Source: Malacoraja senta (lineage: Eukaryota). From it: 64,000 nt of DNA. Numbering within the stretch: the stretch's first letter is position 1; each line of letters opens with the position of its first letter. The stretch covers positions 6,264,001 to 6,328,000 of the forward strand of contig CM075994.1 in NCBI GenBank assembly GCA_038087875.1. Direction: 5' to 3'. The translations under genes were made by a program, and so were the position numbers. Shown here piece by piece: positions 1-12,612 of this stretch. A model generated the notes under the pieces. It saw nothing but the letters and a program-made list of their open reading frames with translations, had not been told where the DNA came from and ran no database searches.

Positions 1-939
1 CTAAGATAGGTGGTGTTGTGGATAATGAAGTAGATTTTCAAAGTCTACAGAGAGATTTAGGCCATTTGGAAGAGTGGGCTGAAAGATGGCAGATGGAGTT
101 TAATGCTGACAAATGTGAGGTGCTACATCTCGGCAGGACAAATCAAAATAGGACGTACACGGTAAATGGTAGCGAATTGAGGAATGCAGTTGAACAGAGG
201 GATCTAGGAATAACTGTGCATAGTTCCCTGAAGGTGGAATCTCATGTAGATAGGGTGGTAAAGAAAGCTTTTGGTGTGCTGGCCTTTATAAATCAGAGCA
301 TTGAATATAGAAGTTGGGATGTAATGTTAAAATTGTACAAGGCATTGGTGAGGCCAATTCTGGAGTATGGAGTACAATTTTGGTCGCCTAATTATAGGAA
401 GGATGTCAACAAAATAGAGAGAGTACAGAGGAGATTTACTAGAATGATGCCTGGGTTTCAGCAACTAAGTTACAGAGAAAGGTTGAACAAGTTAGGTCTT
501 TATTCTTTGGAGCGCAGAAGGTTAAGAGGGGACTTGAGAGAGGTCTTTAAAATTATGAGCGGGTTAGACAGAGTGGACGTGGATAAGCTTTTCCCATTGA
601 GAGTAGGGAAGATTCAAACAAGGGGACATGACTGGAGAATTAAGGGACAGAAGTTTAGGGGGAACTTCTTTGCTCAGAGAGTGGTAGCTGTGTGGAATGA
701 GCTTCCAGTGGAAGTGGTGGAGGCAGGTTCAATGTTATCCTTTAAAAATAGATTGGATGGGTATATGGACGGGAAAGGAATGGAGGGTTATGGTCTGAGT
801 GCAGGTAGATGGGACTAGGGGGAAGCATTTTATTTTTTATTTAAAAAAATAAAAATAAAAATAAAAAATTAAATGTTCGGCACGGACTTGAAGGGCCGAG
901 ATGGCCTGTTTCCGTGCTGTTATGGTTATATGGTTATAT
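1..939 (+). mobile_element. CR1 LINE, 3' part of ORF2 (RT C-terminus) plus 3'UTR and (TATGGT)n-type tail
   Basis: ORF 18-818 has WQMEFNADKCEVLHLG, YKALVRPILEY and LGLYSLERRRLRGDL, typical of CR1 ORF2; ends tatggttatatggttata. Confidence 0.93.
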
Positions 940-1729
940 AGTGTCGAGTTATCGGCTTAAAACACTATTATTCTGAAATGGAGGGCAAGGAAAATTACTG
1001 AAGTGTTGTTTAGAGACTATAGTGCATTGTGGCAGCATATGTAAGAAAGGCCTATAACAATGTGAAAAATATTATTCACCAGGCCCGTACGAAGCTTTTC
1101 GAAAAGGGGGTGGCATGGCAGGATTACAAAAGATTTATGTGAAATAAGTGCACGCAGCGCATATCACAAGCGCGAAGCTCAAAGACCCTTGCGGCCGGGA
1201 TCCAGGGCCCGCTTAAAGGGTTTTAGATGCTCTCCTGTGCATTCTGAGCCTTATTTTGGAGCATTTATGCACCAAATTTATGACCAATATTTCAGGAATA
1301 ATTTTGGTTGAGTCAAGAGTAATGATTGGTTGGAATGGGATGATTGGTGCATTGTTGTATACATTTTTTGTAAACAAGAGTTGAAGCTGTTGAAGCTGTT
1401 CATGTTTTAATAATCGGTTGTACTGTAAAATGTTATAAAGGAGCATGTAAACACTGCAAATAAAATACTGTAAGTTTTTGCAGTAAATAAAACATTTTTT
1501 CAGAAAATGTGTTGTGTGTTGATTTGACCGCCTGTTACTGTTGGACAGTATTAGTGTGTGCACATTAAAAATATGATGCAAAATGAAAGCCGCAAACTAT
1601 GGAATACATATTTTTCAGTATTGTTATCAAGGAAAAGAAAGCAGTTCCAATTGTTTGATATTAGTCATATGTAGGAGATTATATAATTACTCTAAAACCT
1701 ACCTTAATTTTGCAATCTCACTAAAGACA

Positions 1730-1910
1730 ATCCCCCTTTCCCTCCCCCTCCTCCTTCCCCCTCCCTCTCCCTCCACCTCTCTCGCCCTCCCCATCTCTCT
1801 CTCCCTCTCCTCCCCTTCCGCTCTCTCTCTCCCTCTTCCCCCCCTCCCTCTCTCTCCCCCTCTGTCTCAACCCCCTTTCCCCCTCTCACATCCCCCTCTC
1901 TCTCCCTCCC
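1730..1910 (+). repeat. C/T-rich low-complexity tract
   Basis: Near-pure pyrimidine run; explains the Pro/Ser/Leu and Gly/Arg/Glu ORFs. Confidence 0.9.
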
Positions 1911-2299
1911 ATGCAGCGAGGCTCTGACTCCGCGCCCCTGATACCGCAGCCCCCCCCCCCCCACTGGCCCTGAGAAACGGGCACTACCGCAACGCAATAT
2001 TCCACTACTTACCTGGAGTAGACACCTAGGATCTTTGGTGGACACGAGGCAGCGAGGTGATTGTGTGGAATGCAAATGGCGATCTGAACCCACTCGGGCC
2101 CACTGCGCACGTGCGGAGAGACAGCGTCATTTCACGCTGCTACTTCGTCACCGGCTTCCCCCAACTGCGGAGGCGCGGATGGTCTCAATTTTTTCCCCAA
2201 AAACTTCCAGCGGGCCAGAACCAGAATTTCGGGTAATTTCCGTCAAAGTGGAAATGCTGACAGCGCTCCAATTTTTCTTTTCTCTGGGAAAATAACACC

Positions 2300-2439
2300 T
2301 TGGCCAGAGGCCCCCTAGATTTTGAGGCCCTAGGCTTCAGCCTATGAAGCCTATAGGTAAATCCGGCCCTGCCGAGGCCTCCCTAGATCTCGAGGCCCTA
2401 AGCTTAAGCTTGTGAAGCTTATACGTAAATCCAGCCCTG
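2300..2439. mobile_element. Two tandem hAT-like DNA transposon termini (…GTAAATCCGGCCCTG / …GTAAATCCAGCCCTG)
   Basis: ~65-bp imperfect direct repeat; each unit ends in the reverse complement of CAGGGC(C/T)GGATTTAC; no partner end identified. Confidence 0.45.
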
Positions 2440-2750
2440 GCTCCGACAGTCTAAAGAGGAAGCCTAAAGGAGCAGGGATGCAGACCTCTATAGGCAGGCA
2501 AAGTACAAGCTGTCAAGAGGAATCAGAACTGCCAAGGAAGGGTACTCTGAGATGTTGAGGAGCAGGTTCTCAGCTAGTGACTCTTCTTCAATTTGGAAGT
2601 GCTTGCAAGAAATCACCAGCTACAAGAGGAAAGCCCTCCGCTCTTTGGACAATCGTCAGCTGACCAACGACACAATGAATTCTACTACAGGTTTGATAAG
2701 CAGAAACATAACCCTGGTACCCCCTCCCCCTCCCCAACCAACACAGCCAG
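2440..2750 (+). mobile_element. Rex1/Babar-like LINE fragment
   Basis: SDSSSIWKCLQEITSYKRK resembles the Rex1 pre-RT region; runs into the gap. Confidence 0.6.
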
Positions 2751-2950
2751 NNNNNNNNNNNNNNNNNNNNNNNNNNNNNNNNNNNNNNNNNNNNNNNNNN
2801 NNNNNNNNNNNNNNNNNNNNNNNNNNNNNNNNNNNNNNNNNNNNNNNNNNNNNNNNNNNNNNNNNNNNNNNNNNNNNNNNNNNNNNNNNNNNNNNNNNNN
2901 NNNNNNNNNNNNNNNNNNNNNNNNNNNNNNNNNNNNNNNNNNNNNNNNNN
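2751..2950. other. Assembly gap (200 N)
   Basis: N run. Confidence 1.
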
Positions 2951-5900
2951 GACCTCCTGTTAGGAAATGAGACAGGTCAGGTGGCGGAGGTATGTGTTGT
3001 GGAGCACTTCGGGTCCAGTGATCACAATACCATTAGTTTCAATATAATATGGAGAAGGACAGAACTGGACCAAGGTTGAGATTTTTGATTGGAGAAAGGC
3101 TAACTGAGGAGATGCGAAAGGATTTAAAAGGAGTGAATTGGGACATTTTGTTTTATGGGAAGGGTGTAGAGGAGAAATGCAGGACATTTAAAGGTGAAAT
3201 TTTAAGAGTACAGAATCATTATGTCCCTGTTCGGTTGAAAGGAAAGGAGTAATAATTGGAAAGAGCCATGGTTTTCAAGGGAAATTAGACACTTGGTTCG
3301 GAAAAAGAGAGAGATCTACAATAATTATAGGCAGCATGGAGTAAATGAGGCTTGAGGAGTATAAAGAATGTAAAAATAATCCAGAAATAAATTAGAAAAG
3401 CTAAAAGAAGATATGAGGGTGCTTTGGCAAGTAAGGTGAAAGTAAATCCAAAGGGTTTCTACAGCTATATTAATAGCAAAAGGATAACGAGGGATAAAAT
3501 TGGTCCATTAGAGAGTCTGAGTGGACAGCTATCTGCAGAGCCAAAAGAGATGGGGGAGATATTGAACAATTTCTTTTCTTCGGTATTCACCAAGGAGAAG
3601 GATATTGAATTATGTGAGATAAGGGAAACAAGTAGAGAAGCTATGGAAACTACGAGGATCAGAGAAGAGGAAGTCCTGACACTTTTGAAAAATATAAAAG
3701 TGGATAAGTCTCCAGGTCCTGACAGGATATTCCCTAGGACATTGAGGGGTTAGTGTAGAAATAGCAGGGGCAATGACAGAAAATATTTCAAATGTCATTA
3801 GAAACGGGAATGGTGCCGGAGGATTGGCGTGCTGCGCAAGTTGTTCCATTGTTTAAAAAGGGTTCTAAGAGCAAACCTAGCAATTATAGACCTGTTAGTT
3901 TGACGTCAGTGGTGGGCAAATTAATACTTAGAGATAATATATATAATCATCTGGATAAACAAGGTCTGATTAGGAACAGTCAACATGGATTTGTGCCTGG
4001 AAGGTCATGTTTGACTAATCTTCTTGAATTTTTTTAAGAGGTTACTAGGGAAATTGATGAGGGTAAAGCGGTGGATGTTGTCTATATGGACTTCAGTAAG
4101 GCCTTTGACAAGGTTCCACATGGAAGGTTGGTTAAGAAGGTTCAATTGTTGGGTATTAATAGTGGAGTAGCAAGATGGATTCAACAGTGGCTGAATGGGA
4201 GATGCCAGAGAGTAATGGTGGATAACTGTTTGTCAGGTTGGAGGCCGGTGACTAGTGGGGTGCCTCAGGGATCTGTGTTGGGTCCACTGTTGTTTGTCAT
4301 ATACATCAATGATCTGGATGATGGTGTGGTAAATTGGATTAGTAAGTATGCAGATGATACTAACATAGGTGGTGTTGTGGATAATGAAGTAGATTTTCAA
4401 AGTCTGCAGAGAGATTTAGGCCATTTGGAAGAGTGGGCTGAAAGATTTTTATTTTTATTTTATTTAACCTTTATTTAACCAGGAGAAGTCTCATTGAGAT
4501 TAAACATCTCTTTTACAAGAGAGTCCTGGCCAAGACAGGCAGCAGCACAGTTCCACAGTTACAGACAATAATTTAAAAACAACAGAGAACATATAAATAG
4601 AGTCACAGTCAGAATATCATCAAACAAAGCATGTACAGACAGAAGAGCCCGCTTCAACATCATTAAGAAGGGATTTAAATCTGTTGAAAGAAACCAGCTC
4701 CTTAAGTTTCAGTTCATTCTGCAGCTGGTTCCATGCGAAGGGAGCAGCATAACTAAATGCCCTTTTCCCCAGTTCAGTACGGACTTTAGGTACAGTTAGT
4801 AAGAACAAGCCCGCTGATAAGTTCCTGTGCTTTTTCGAATTACATACTTCTGCAAGTATGAAGGAAGAACACCGAGGATAGTCTTATAAATAAGGATATG
4901 CCAATGATGGAGTCTGTGGGTGGACAGGGCAAACCATCCAACTTGAGCATACAAAGAGCAGTGGTGCGTGAGGGTTTTAAAATTAGTAACAAATCTCAGT
5001 GCTCCGTGGTAGATCGTGTCCAAAGACTGTAGGCATTTTGAAGATGCATTCATATATAAAACATCACCATAGTCCAACACAGACATAAACGTTGCAGCAA
5101 CAAGCCTTTTTTTGGCTTCAAAAGAAAAACAAGATTTGTTTCTAAAGTAAAACCTAATCTTATCTTTAGTTTTTTCACAAATTGCTGGATATGTGGTTTA
5201 AAAGAGAGAGAATCGTCAATTATAATTCCCAGATATTTATATTGAGACACAGATTCAACCACAGAGCCCTGCAAAGTGGTGATAGGAGGGAGGTCCGAGG
5301 GCTTTGATTTAGCTTTAGTGAACAGCATGAGCTTTGTCTTGTCAGCATTTAAAACAAGTTTTAAATCACACAGGTAACGTTGCACAGTGTTAAAAGCTGT
5401 TTGGAGCTGACAGAGAGCCTGATTTGGGGTAGACGGAGCAATATATCACTGTGTCGTCAGCATAAAAGTGAAAATTTGCGTTCAGAGCTTTATGATCCAG
5501 ACTATTAATATAAATAGTAAATAATAAAGATCCTAGAACCGATCCCTGTGGCACACCCTTGGATACATTAAGAGAGCTAGAAGTAATACCTTCTGCTCGC
5601 ACACACTGGGATCTGCCTGATAGATAGTTTTTAAACCAACAGACAGCTTGATCAGACAAACCGATGCTGCATAGTCTTTGTAACAATAAGGCATGATCCA
5701 CAGTATTGAAAACCTTTGATAGGTCAACGAAAAGGGCTGCACAGTGTTGCTTATTGTCTAAAAATTCAATAAAATAATTTACTACTTTTACAGCAGCTGT
5801 TGACGTACTATATTTTTTCCTAAAACCAGATTGAAATTCAGATAAAATACTGTTGGTTGATAAAAAGTCCTTCAGTTGTTGGTTTACAATGGATTCCAGC

Positions 5901-7126
5901 ACCTTAATTAAAACAGACAGTTTGGAGATGGGCCTATAGTTGTTTAGCACAGTGGGATCCCCCCCTTTTAACAGTGGGAGAACAAAGGCAGATTTGCAAA
6001 TAAGGGGAATTTCGTTTGTCTCCAGGGATAGATTAAAAAGATAAGTCAGAGGCATGCAATAAAATCAGTGGCTAACTTTAGGAAGTAAGGCTCAAGGTTG
6101 TCTGGACCTGCCGATTTTTTTGTGTCTAAACATCTCAGGGCCTTATGCACCTCTGAAAGTGTAACAGCGTCAAAAGTAAAGGCTTGTCCCTCAAAAAAAC
6201 AACTACTATCAGAGCAAGCAGAGGAGCCTTGAGCTGTGTTTTGAGAGTTGAAAAGTGAACCAGAGGCAATGAAATGCTCATTTCATTGGCATTTCATTTC
6301 AAGATGGCAGATGGAGTTTAATGCTGATAAGTGTGAGGTGCTACATCTTGGCAGGACAAATCAAAATAGGACGTACATGGTAAATGGTAGCTAATTGAGG
6401 AATGCAGTTGAACAGAGGGATTTAGGAATAACTGTGCATAGTTCCCTGAAGGTGGAATCTCGTGTAGATAGGGTGGTAAAGAAAGCTTTTGGTGTGCTGG
6501 CTTTTATAAATCAGAGTATTGAGCATAGAAGTTGGGATGTAATGTTAAAATTGTACAAGGCATTGGTGAGGCCAATTCTGGAGTATGGTGTACAATTTTG
6601 GTCGCCAAATTATATGAAAGATGTCAACAAAATAGAGAGAGTACAGAGGAGATTTACTAGAATGTTGCCTGGGTTTCAGCACCTAAGTTACAGAGAAAGG
6701 TTGAACAAGTTAGGTCTTTCTTCTTTGGCGCACAGAAGGTTAAGGGGGGGGACTTGGTAGAGATCTTTAAAATTATGAGAGGGATAGACAGAGTTGACGT
6801 GGATAAGCTTTTTCCATTGAGAGTAGGGAAGATTCAAACAAGAGGACATGATTTGAGAATTAACGGACAGAAGTTTAGGGGTAACATGAGGGGGAACCTC
6901 TTTACTCAGAGAGTGGTAGCTGTGTGGAATGAGCTTCCAGTGGAAGTGGTGGAGGCAAGTTTGATTTTATCATTTAAAAATAAATTGTATATGTATATGG
7001 ATGGGAAAGGAATGGAGGGTTATGGTCTGAGTGCAGGTAGATGGGACTAGGTGAGAGTAAGTGTTCGGCATGGACTAGAATGGCCGAGATGGCCTGTTTT
7101 CGTGCTGTAATTGTTATATGGTTATA
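2951..7126 (+). mobile_element. CR1 LINE (degenerate ORF2), interrupted at 4447-6300
   Basis: SDHN, KSPGPD, NYRPVSLTS, YMDFSKAFD, GVPQGSVLGP and YADD motifs; sequence resumes at 6301 (aagatggcag), as in the uninterrupted copy near 76-95; tail ends near 7126. Confidence 0.92.
4447..6300 (-). mobile_element. 5'-truncated L2/RSg-1-like LINE nested in CR1
   Basis: Minus-strand RT: KGGDPTVLNNYRPISKL, FQSGFR, CAALFVDLSK, GVPQGSVLG, FYADDT; A-rich tail at 4447-4470; AAGAT repeated at 4442-4446 and 6301-6305. Confidence 0.85.
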
Positions 7127-7429
7127 ACAAGGAATGGAAAGCAAAAAAGACGTGGGTTAAGCCCGTCAGCGTGACTCGACGAAGGCCTTCTGTACTTTAT
7201 GCCGTTGGTAATTTGTCCCTTATTTTGAACTTTAGTCCCTTATTTTGAACTTTTGTCCCTTTTTTGGGAGTGAGAAAGTTGACAACCCTAGTTGTAAGGA
7301 AGCAACTCTATCGTTGCGTCGCTGTGCTGCGTCATGTTGGCGATAGGATGGTTCAGTTGCCTAATAACAGCCAGAAGGGGGAGTGGGGGGACTATCTTGG
7401 AAAGAAACGGAACAGGTCGAAAGTGGATA

Positions 7430-8075
7430 GTTTAGTTTGGAGATACAGCGCGGAACAGGCCCTTCGGGCTACCGGGTCCGCACTGACCAGCGATACCCGC
7501 ACACTAAAACTATCACTACCCTACACACACTAGGGACAATTTACATTAATTACAAGCCAATTTACCTATAAACCCGCACTTCTTTCGGGTGTGGGAGGAA
7601 ACCAAAGATCTCGGATTTAACCCACACAGGTCACGGGGAGAACTTAAAACTCCCATTCCCTTTCCTTCCTGCTTCGCATTACCATTTTTAGATTCCTTAC
7701 TTATTTTCTTTTTCTTTTCTTAAGGCCCCCCTTTTCTGTGGGGCCTTTTTTTCTTCTTTTCTTTTCACATTTTCAAGCAGGCAGTCTACTTAACCATTAT
7801 CATTCACTTAACGCCAACTACTGCGGACTACACTTCACTACTATCCTCACTCTTTTCTTCTTTCTCTTTTTACTTTTCTCTTTTTCTATTATAGGTTAAA
7901 GTTCAAAAAAAGACAAAAAAGTTGTACAAGAAATGTAATATGTTGCATATTATGATTAAGATGTATGTACATTGCTTCTAATAAAATAAAAAAAATTAAA
8001 AAATTAAAATAAAAAATAAAACTCCCATAGACAGAATCCCAAACAGACTGCGCCCGTAGTCGGTCTCTGGCTCTG
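7430..8075 (-). mobile_element. tRNA-derived SINE with an L1 3' end (7657-8016, + strand, poly-A) inserted
   Basis: SINE body and tail; TSD TAAAACTCCCAT at 7645-7656 and 8017-8028. Confidence 0.7.
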
Positions 8076-8102
8076 TGAGGGTGTGTGGTTGGGTTAGGCT
8101 CA

Positions 8103-8716
8103 GGAATTCATAGAGGGAATCTGACTGTGATCATATTTTCACCAACAAATGAATCATGAAATTGAGATGAAAAATTAAGCAGCATAAATAGTAAGATGGG
8201 CAGGGTGTAGTCTAGACACCCAAAACACAAAATTTGATCAACATGTTAAATTGTGAAATAACAGCAGCAATAATAACAGTGATTTTCCAACATCACTGTA
8301 TAATTATAGGGAGCACAGATTGTTCAAATGCAGCCATTGGAGACTTTTTAACGAGTACATAGCAAATCCGCTGAGGCAGAATTCTGGTTCAGGGGAGCAG
8401 AGGCGTGCAGCCAAAACCTGCTGGGGTGGATAGGAAAGTACTGACATTTTGAAAGCATTAAAACCTGGGATTCTCGGAGCGGGGTTTCCTCTAGAATGGC
8501 TGACCAAAACTTCTCATCAACTGTGAACTCTGATCTCAGCATTTAGTTTAGAGATGAACAGTTAATAATACGTTGATAAAACACAGGAGAAGAATTAGGC
8601 CACTGGACCCCAAGAAAGGGAGTTTGTGGAGTGCCTCTGAAATGGACTCTTAGAGCAGCTCGTGTTGAAGCCAACCAGGGAGAAGGCAATTCTGGATTTA
8701 GTGCTGTGTAATGAAA
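8103..8716 (+). pseudogene. Paralogous terminal-exon remnant (…ESDCDHIFTNK*) and 3'UTR/flank of a second CD2/SLAM-like gene copy
   Basis: Colinear similarity to 62598-63520, including the AAC AAA TGA stop (8150-8152) and the following CR1 junction; no splice acceptor found. Confidence 0.6.
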
Positions 8717-9029
8717 CAACCGGGTTTCCGGGGATGCAGCAAATGTCCAGCTCAGTTAGTTTATTTTATAGGAAGGAACTGCAGATGCTGGTTTAGACCA
8801 AAGATAGACACAAAAAACTGGAGAAATTCAGTGGGACAGGCAGCAACTTTTGAGAGAAGGAATGGGTGGACACCCTGCTTCAGACTGAGGAGATGCTGCC
8901 TTTTGATGCCAAGCTGGAAAGGTACACAGAAGATTTACAATGAGGCTGCTAGGACTAGATGGTCAAGTCAAGTCAAGAGAGTTTATTATCATGTGTCCCA
9001 GATAGGACAATGAAATTCTTGCATTGAGC

Positions 9030-9442
9030 TGTAGGCTGGGACTCTATTCCTTGGAGCGCAGGAGGATGAGGGGTGATCTTATTGAGATGTATAGAATCAT
9101 GAGAGGAATAGATCGGGTAGATGCACAGAGGCTCTTGCCAAGGGTAGGTGAATCGAGGACCAGAGGATATAGGTTTAAGGTGAAGGGGAAAAGATTTAAT
9201 AGGAATGTGAGGGGTAACATTTTCACACAAGCAGTGGTGGATGTATGGAACAAGCTGCCAGAGGAGGTAGTTGAGGCAGGGACTATCCCAACATTTAAGA
9301 AACAGTTAGACAGGTACATGGATAGGACAGGTTTGGAGGTATATAGTCCAAACGCGGGCAGGTGGGACTAGTGTAGCCGGGACATGTTGGCCGGTGTGGT
9401 CAAGGTGGGCTGAAGGGCCTGTTTCCACATTATCACTCTATG
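9030..9442 (+). mobile_element. CR1 3' fragment
   Basis: LGLYSLERRRMRGDLIE…WNKLP…AGRWD*. Confidence 0.85.
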
Positions 9443-9852
9443 ATGCTTTGTGTGCTATCCAGTCAGCAAAAAGACAATACATGATTACAATCGATCCATT
9501 TATAGTTTACAGATGCATGAAAAGGGAATAACGTTTAGTTAATAAAGTTAAGCCAGCAAAGTACCTTCAAGGGTAGTCCGAGGGTAAACAACGAGGTAGA
9601 TAGTAGTTCAGCACTGCTCTCTGGTGGTGATGGGATGGATCTGTTATCTGATACCGCGTCTAGTCTCCAGGCAACCCCGAAGATAGACACAAAATTGCTG
9701 GAGTAACTCAGCAGGACAGGTAGTATATCTGGAGAGAAGGAATGGGTGATGTTTCGGGTCGAGACCCTTCTTTAGACTCACTGTCTTCCAGAGAATACCC
9801 AGAGGCACAATTTGGATCCGTGCCTGGTGTCAAGAAGGGTGTGTACGCGTAT

Positions 9853-10745
9853 AGGGACGTTTCACGGCAGTCGGGTCACGACCCCATGACCCGTACTGTT
9901 GCTACGCTACGCCAAATGGATTACAGGCGATGAACTGCGGGTAGGCACTTACCATTGTTTCCAGCGTAGCGGGCCCGTTAAACCCACCGAAATTGTCAAT
10001 TTTTGCGCTGTAAATAATTATGGAAATCGGGATAAGCGTGAGAGACATTTAGCCTACTTCAGAATTCCACAAGTGAGGAGAAATGACGGTAGATAGAAGC
10101 GAGAGCTGAAGGGACAACAACAGCCAGAGTGCTTGGCGAACATTGGCCGTTTGCTCACTGCATTTCATCAACTAAGGCATTATTTGTGCTTTTTCTTGAT
10201 TCCTTTGGCATCTAACAAGTTTCAGAAGTGATAAATCTGTCTGTAAAATTTTAAAATCGCCCCTGGTTCTCAAGTGGGTTTTTACATACAAAAAGAAAAC
10301 GCCTCTGAAGCAAAATTTACAACCAGATCTACCACTTCTGAGACTTTTTAGATACCAAAGAAAAAAATAAATAAAAAAATAATGCCTTACCGTTAATGAA
10401 ATGCAGCGAACAAACGCAATAAATTCCGATATTTCCAATTCCGATATCTGCACGGCCAATGTAATGTTCGCCAAGCACTTTAGCTGTTGTTGTCCCTTCA
10501 GCTCTCGCTTCATTTCACTTCACTTTTGGAATTCTGAAGTTGGGTAAATGTCTCTCACACTTACCCCGACTTCCACAATTTTTTACAGCGAAAAAATTCA
10601 ACATTTTGGCGGATTTTAACAGGTAGGAAAGTACGCGTTTCTAGCATTAATAACATATACCGGAAGTGACGGATGTCTTCCAGATGGATTGAGCGGCTCC
10701 GTGCGTCAAGCCCTATGACCCGGTGACCTTACGTGCAACCCCCCT
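9853..10745. mobile_element. Non-autonomous foldback DNA transposon with THAP-domain remnants, ISL2EU-like
   Basis: AT dinucleotide on both flanks (9851-52, 10746-47); AGGG…CCCT ends; long inverted repeats ~9990-10150 vs ~10450-10610 encoding VNFCAVNN…YFRIP…LANI…VCSLHF. Confidence 0.65.
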
Positions 10746-10988
10746 ATATGTGTGTGCGAGTGTATGTGAGCCTGTGCGTGCACATGAGTATGTGTGAGTT
10801 TGTGTATGTATACACACACTGAAATTACTTTTTCTCGTTTGTTCTATTGTTTACAGTGTACCATGTTTACACATTCTGTTGTGCTGCTGCAAGTAAGAAT
10901 TTAATAGTTCTACCTAGGACATACGACAATAAAACCCCTTGACTCTTGGATTGCGGTCGCCAATTGTTAAAATGTTTGCTATTGGTAC

Positions 10989-11141
10989 CTTCTCCTGCTC
11001 TTCCGCAAACTGCCCGCGCGTCGATACCCGGTCTCCCGGTGAATCTTCGTGTGAATCCTCCCCGTCTCCCGAAGTCTCTCTCCGTGTCCGCGCTGGTTTC
11101 GCATTTAGGCTCGCGTAGATGATAGTTTGTCCCCGGGAAAG
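10989..11141 (-). CDS. Putative cytoplasmic-tail exon with ITIM-like motif IIYASL
   Basis: Acceptor ctctttccttgcag|, donor AAG|gtacca; 153 bp, phase 0-0, open: LSRGQTIIYASLNAKPARTRRETSGDGEDSHEDSPGDRVSTRGQFAEEQEK; no repeat recognised. Confidence 0.62.
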
Positions 11142-11539
11142 CTGCAAGGAAAGAGAATTGAGACGGCCAAACGCCGTGTTGATATTTCAGCACCACAACA
11201 GACCTGAATTAACATTGAACCATACTCTAACAACATTACATATATATCACACCGCACTCCGAGCAACAGAATTATGAACGTCGACGTCGGGATAAACAGG
11301 ACAATGCAGAACAATATTTCTACCCTGAGTATTTTTTCACGGTTTCATTTAAACTTCACACAGTATTTACTCAAAACCAACACAGCGCAGCTGGTGGAGC
11401 CGCTGTCTCACATTGCTAGGGACGCAGGTGCGATTCTGACCTAGTGTGTTGTCTGCGTGTCGACTTTGTACGTTCTCCCTGTGATGGCGTGTTGTGTTTT
11501 CTCCAGGTGTTCCCGTTTCCTCCTACATTCCAAATGACC

Positions 11540-11802
11540 CTCTGTAGAGTATGGAAGCGGTACACATACCCCGGTTTGCATTGATGGTGCTGAAGTAGAG
11601 ATGGTCGAAAACTTCAAATTCCTCGAGTCAATATCACCAACAACTTCTCCTGGACCACCCAGATTGCAGCAAAGACCAAGAAGGCACAGCGACGCCTCTA
11701 CTTCAATCGAAGGCGTAGGAAGCTTGGCATGTCCCCTACAACTCTCAGCAACTTCTACAGAAAGCATCTAATCAGGATACATCGCAGCCTGGTTTGCAAA
11801 CA
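11540..11802 (+). mobile_element. Rex1-like LINE fragment (preceded by a SINE at ~11385-11540)
   Basis: Degenerate VEMVENFKFLGV…KKAQRRLYF motif. Confidence 0.6.
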
Positions 11803-12612
11803 GCACCCTCCTGGCCCCAAGAGCTATATCGAACTCTCTCTTGAACATTTCTGGCTCTCTACCCTCTAAAGCCTCCAACCTTATCGTTCCCCAGCATCAC
11901 ACGGCCCGATTGTATCTTCTCCCCAAAATCCACAAACAGAACTGTCCTGGCAGACCCATTGTTTCTGCCTGTTCATGTCCCAACGAATTAATTGCCACAT
12001 ACCTCGAATCCATCCTATCCCCCCTGGTCCAATCCCTCCCTACCTATGTCCAAGACACCTCACACACTCTTTGTCTCCTCAATGACTTCCGTTTTCCAGG
12101 CCCCCACTCCCTCATCTTTACTATGGATGTCCAGTCACTCTACACCTCCATCCTCCACCAGGAGTATCTTAAAGCCCTCCATTCCTTCCTCGACCGCAGA
12201 ACAAGCCAATTTCTGTCAACCAATACTCTCCTCCGCCTAGCAGAGCTGGTCCTTACCCTGAACAACTTCTCCTTCAACACCTCCCACTTCCTCCAGATCC
12301 AAGACATAGCTATGGACATTCACATGGGCCCTACTATGCCTGCCTCTTTGTAGGGTATGTTGAACAATCCCTGTTCCAGGCGTACACTGGTCCTATCTCC
12401 GCTACATTGACGACTGAATTGATGCTACCTCCTGCACCCATGCAGAACTCACTGACTTCATCAACTTCACCACTAATTTCCTTACTGCACTCAAATTCAC
12501 TTGGACCATCTCCGACATCTCCCCACCGTTTCTAGATCTCACCATCTCATTCACAGGTAACAGACTATTGACCGACATCTACTACAAACCTACTGACTCC
12601 CATAGTTATCTT

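Noticed and set aside
9779..9824. Possible small minus-strand exon (acaccag|…|gtgagt) downstream of the ITIM exon
   Set aside because: The donor overlaps a Penelope terminal repeat and the phase-0 peptide is unconvincing
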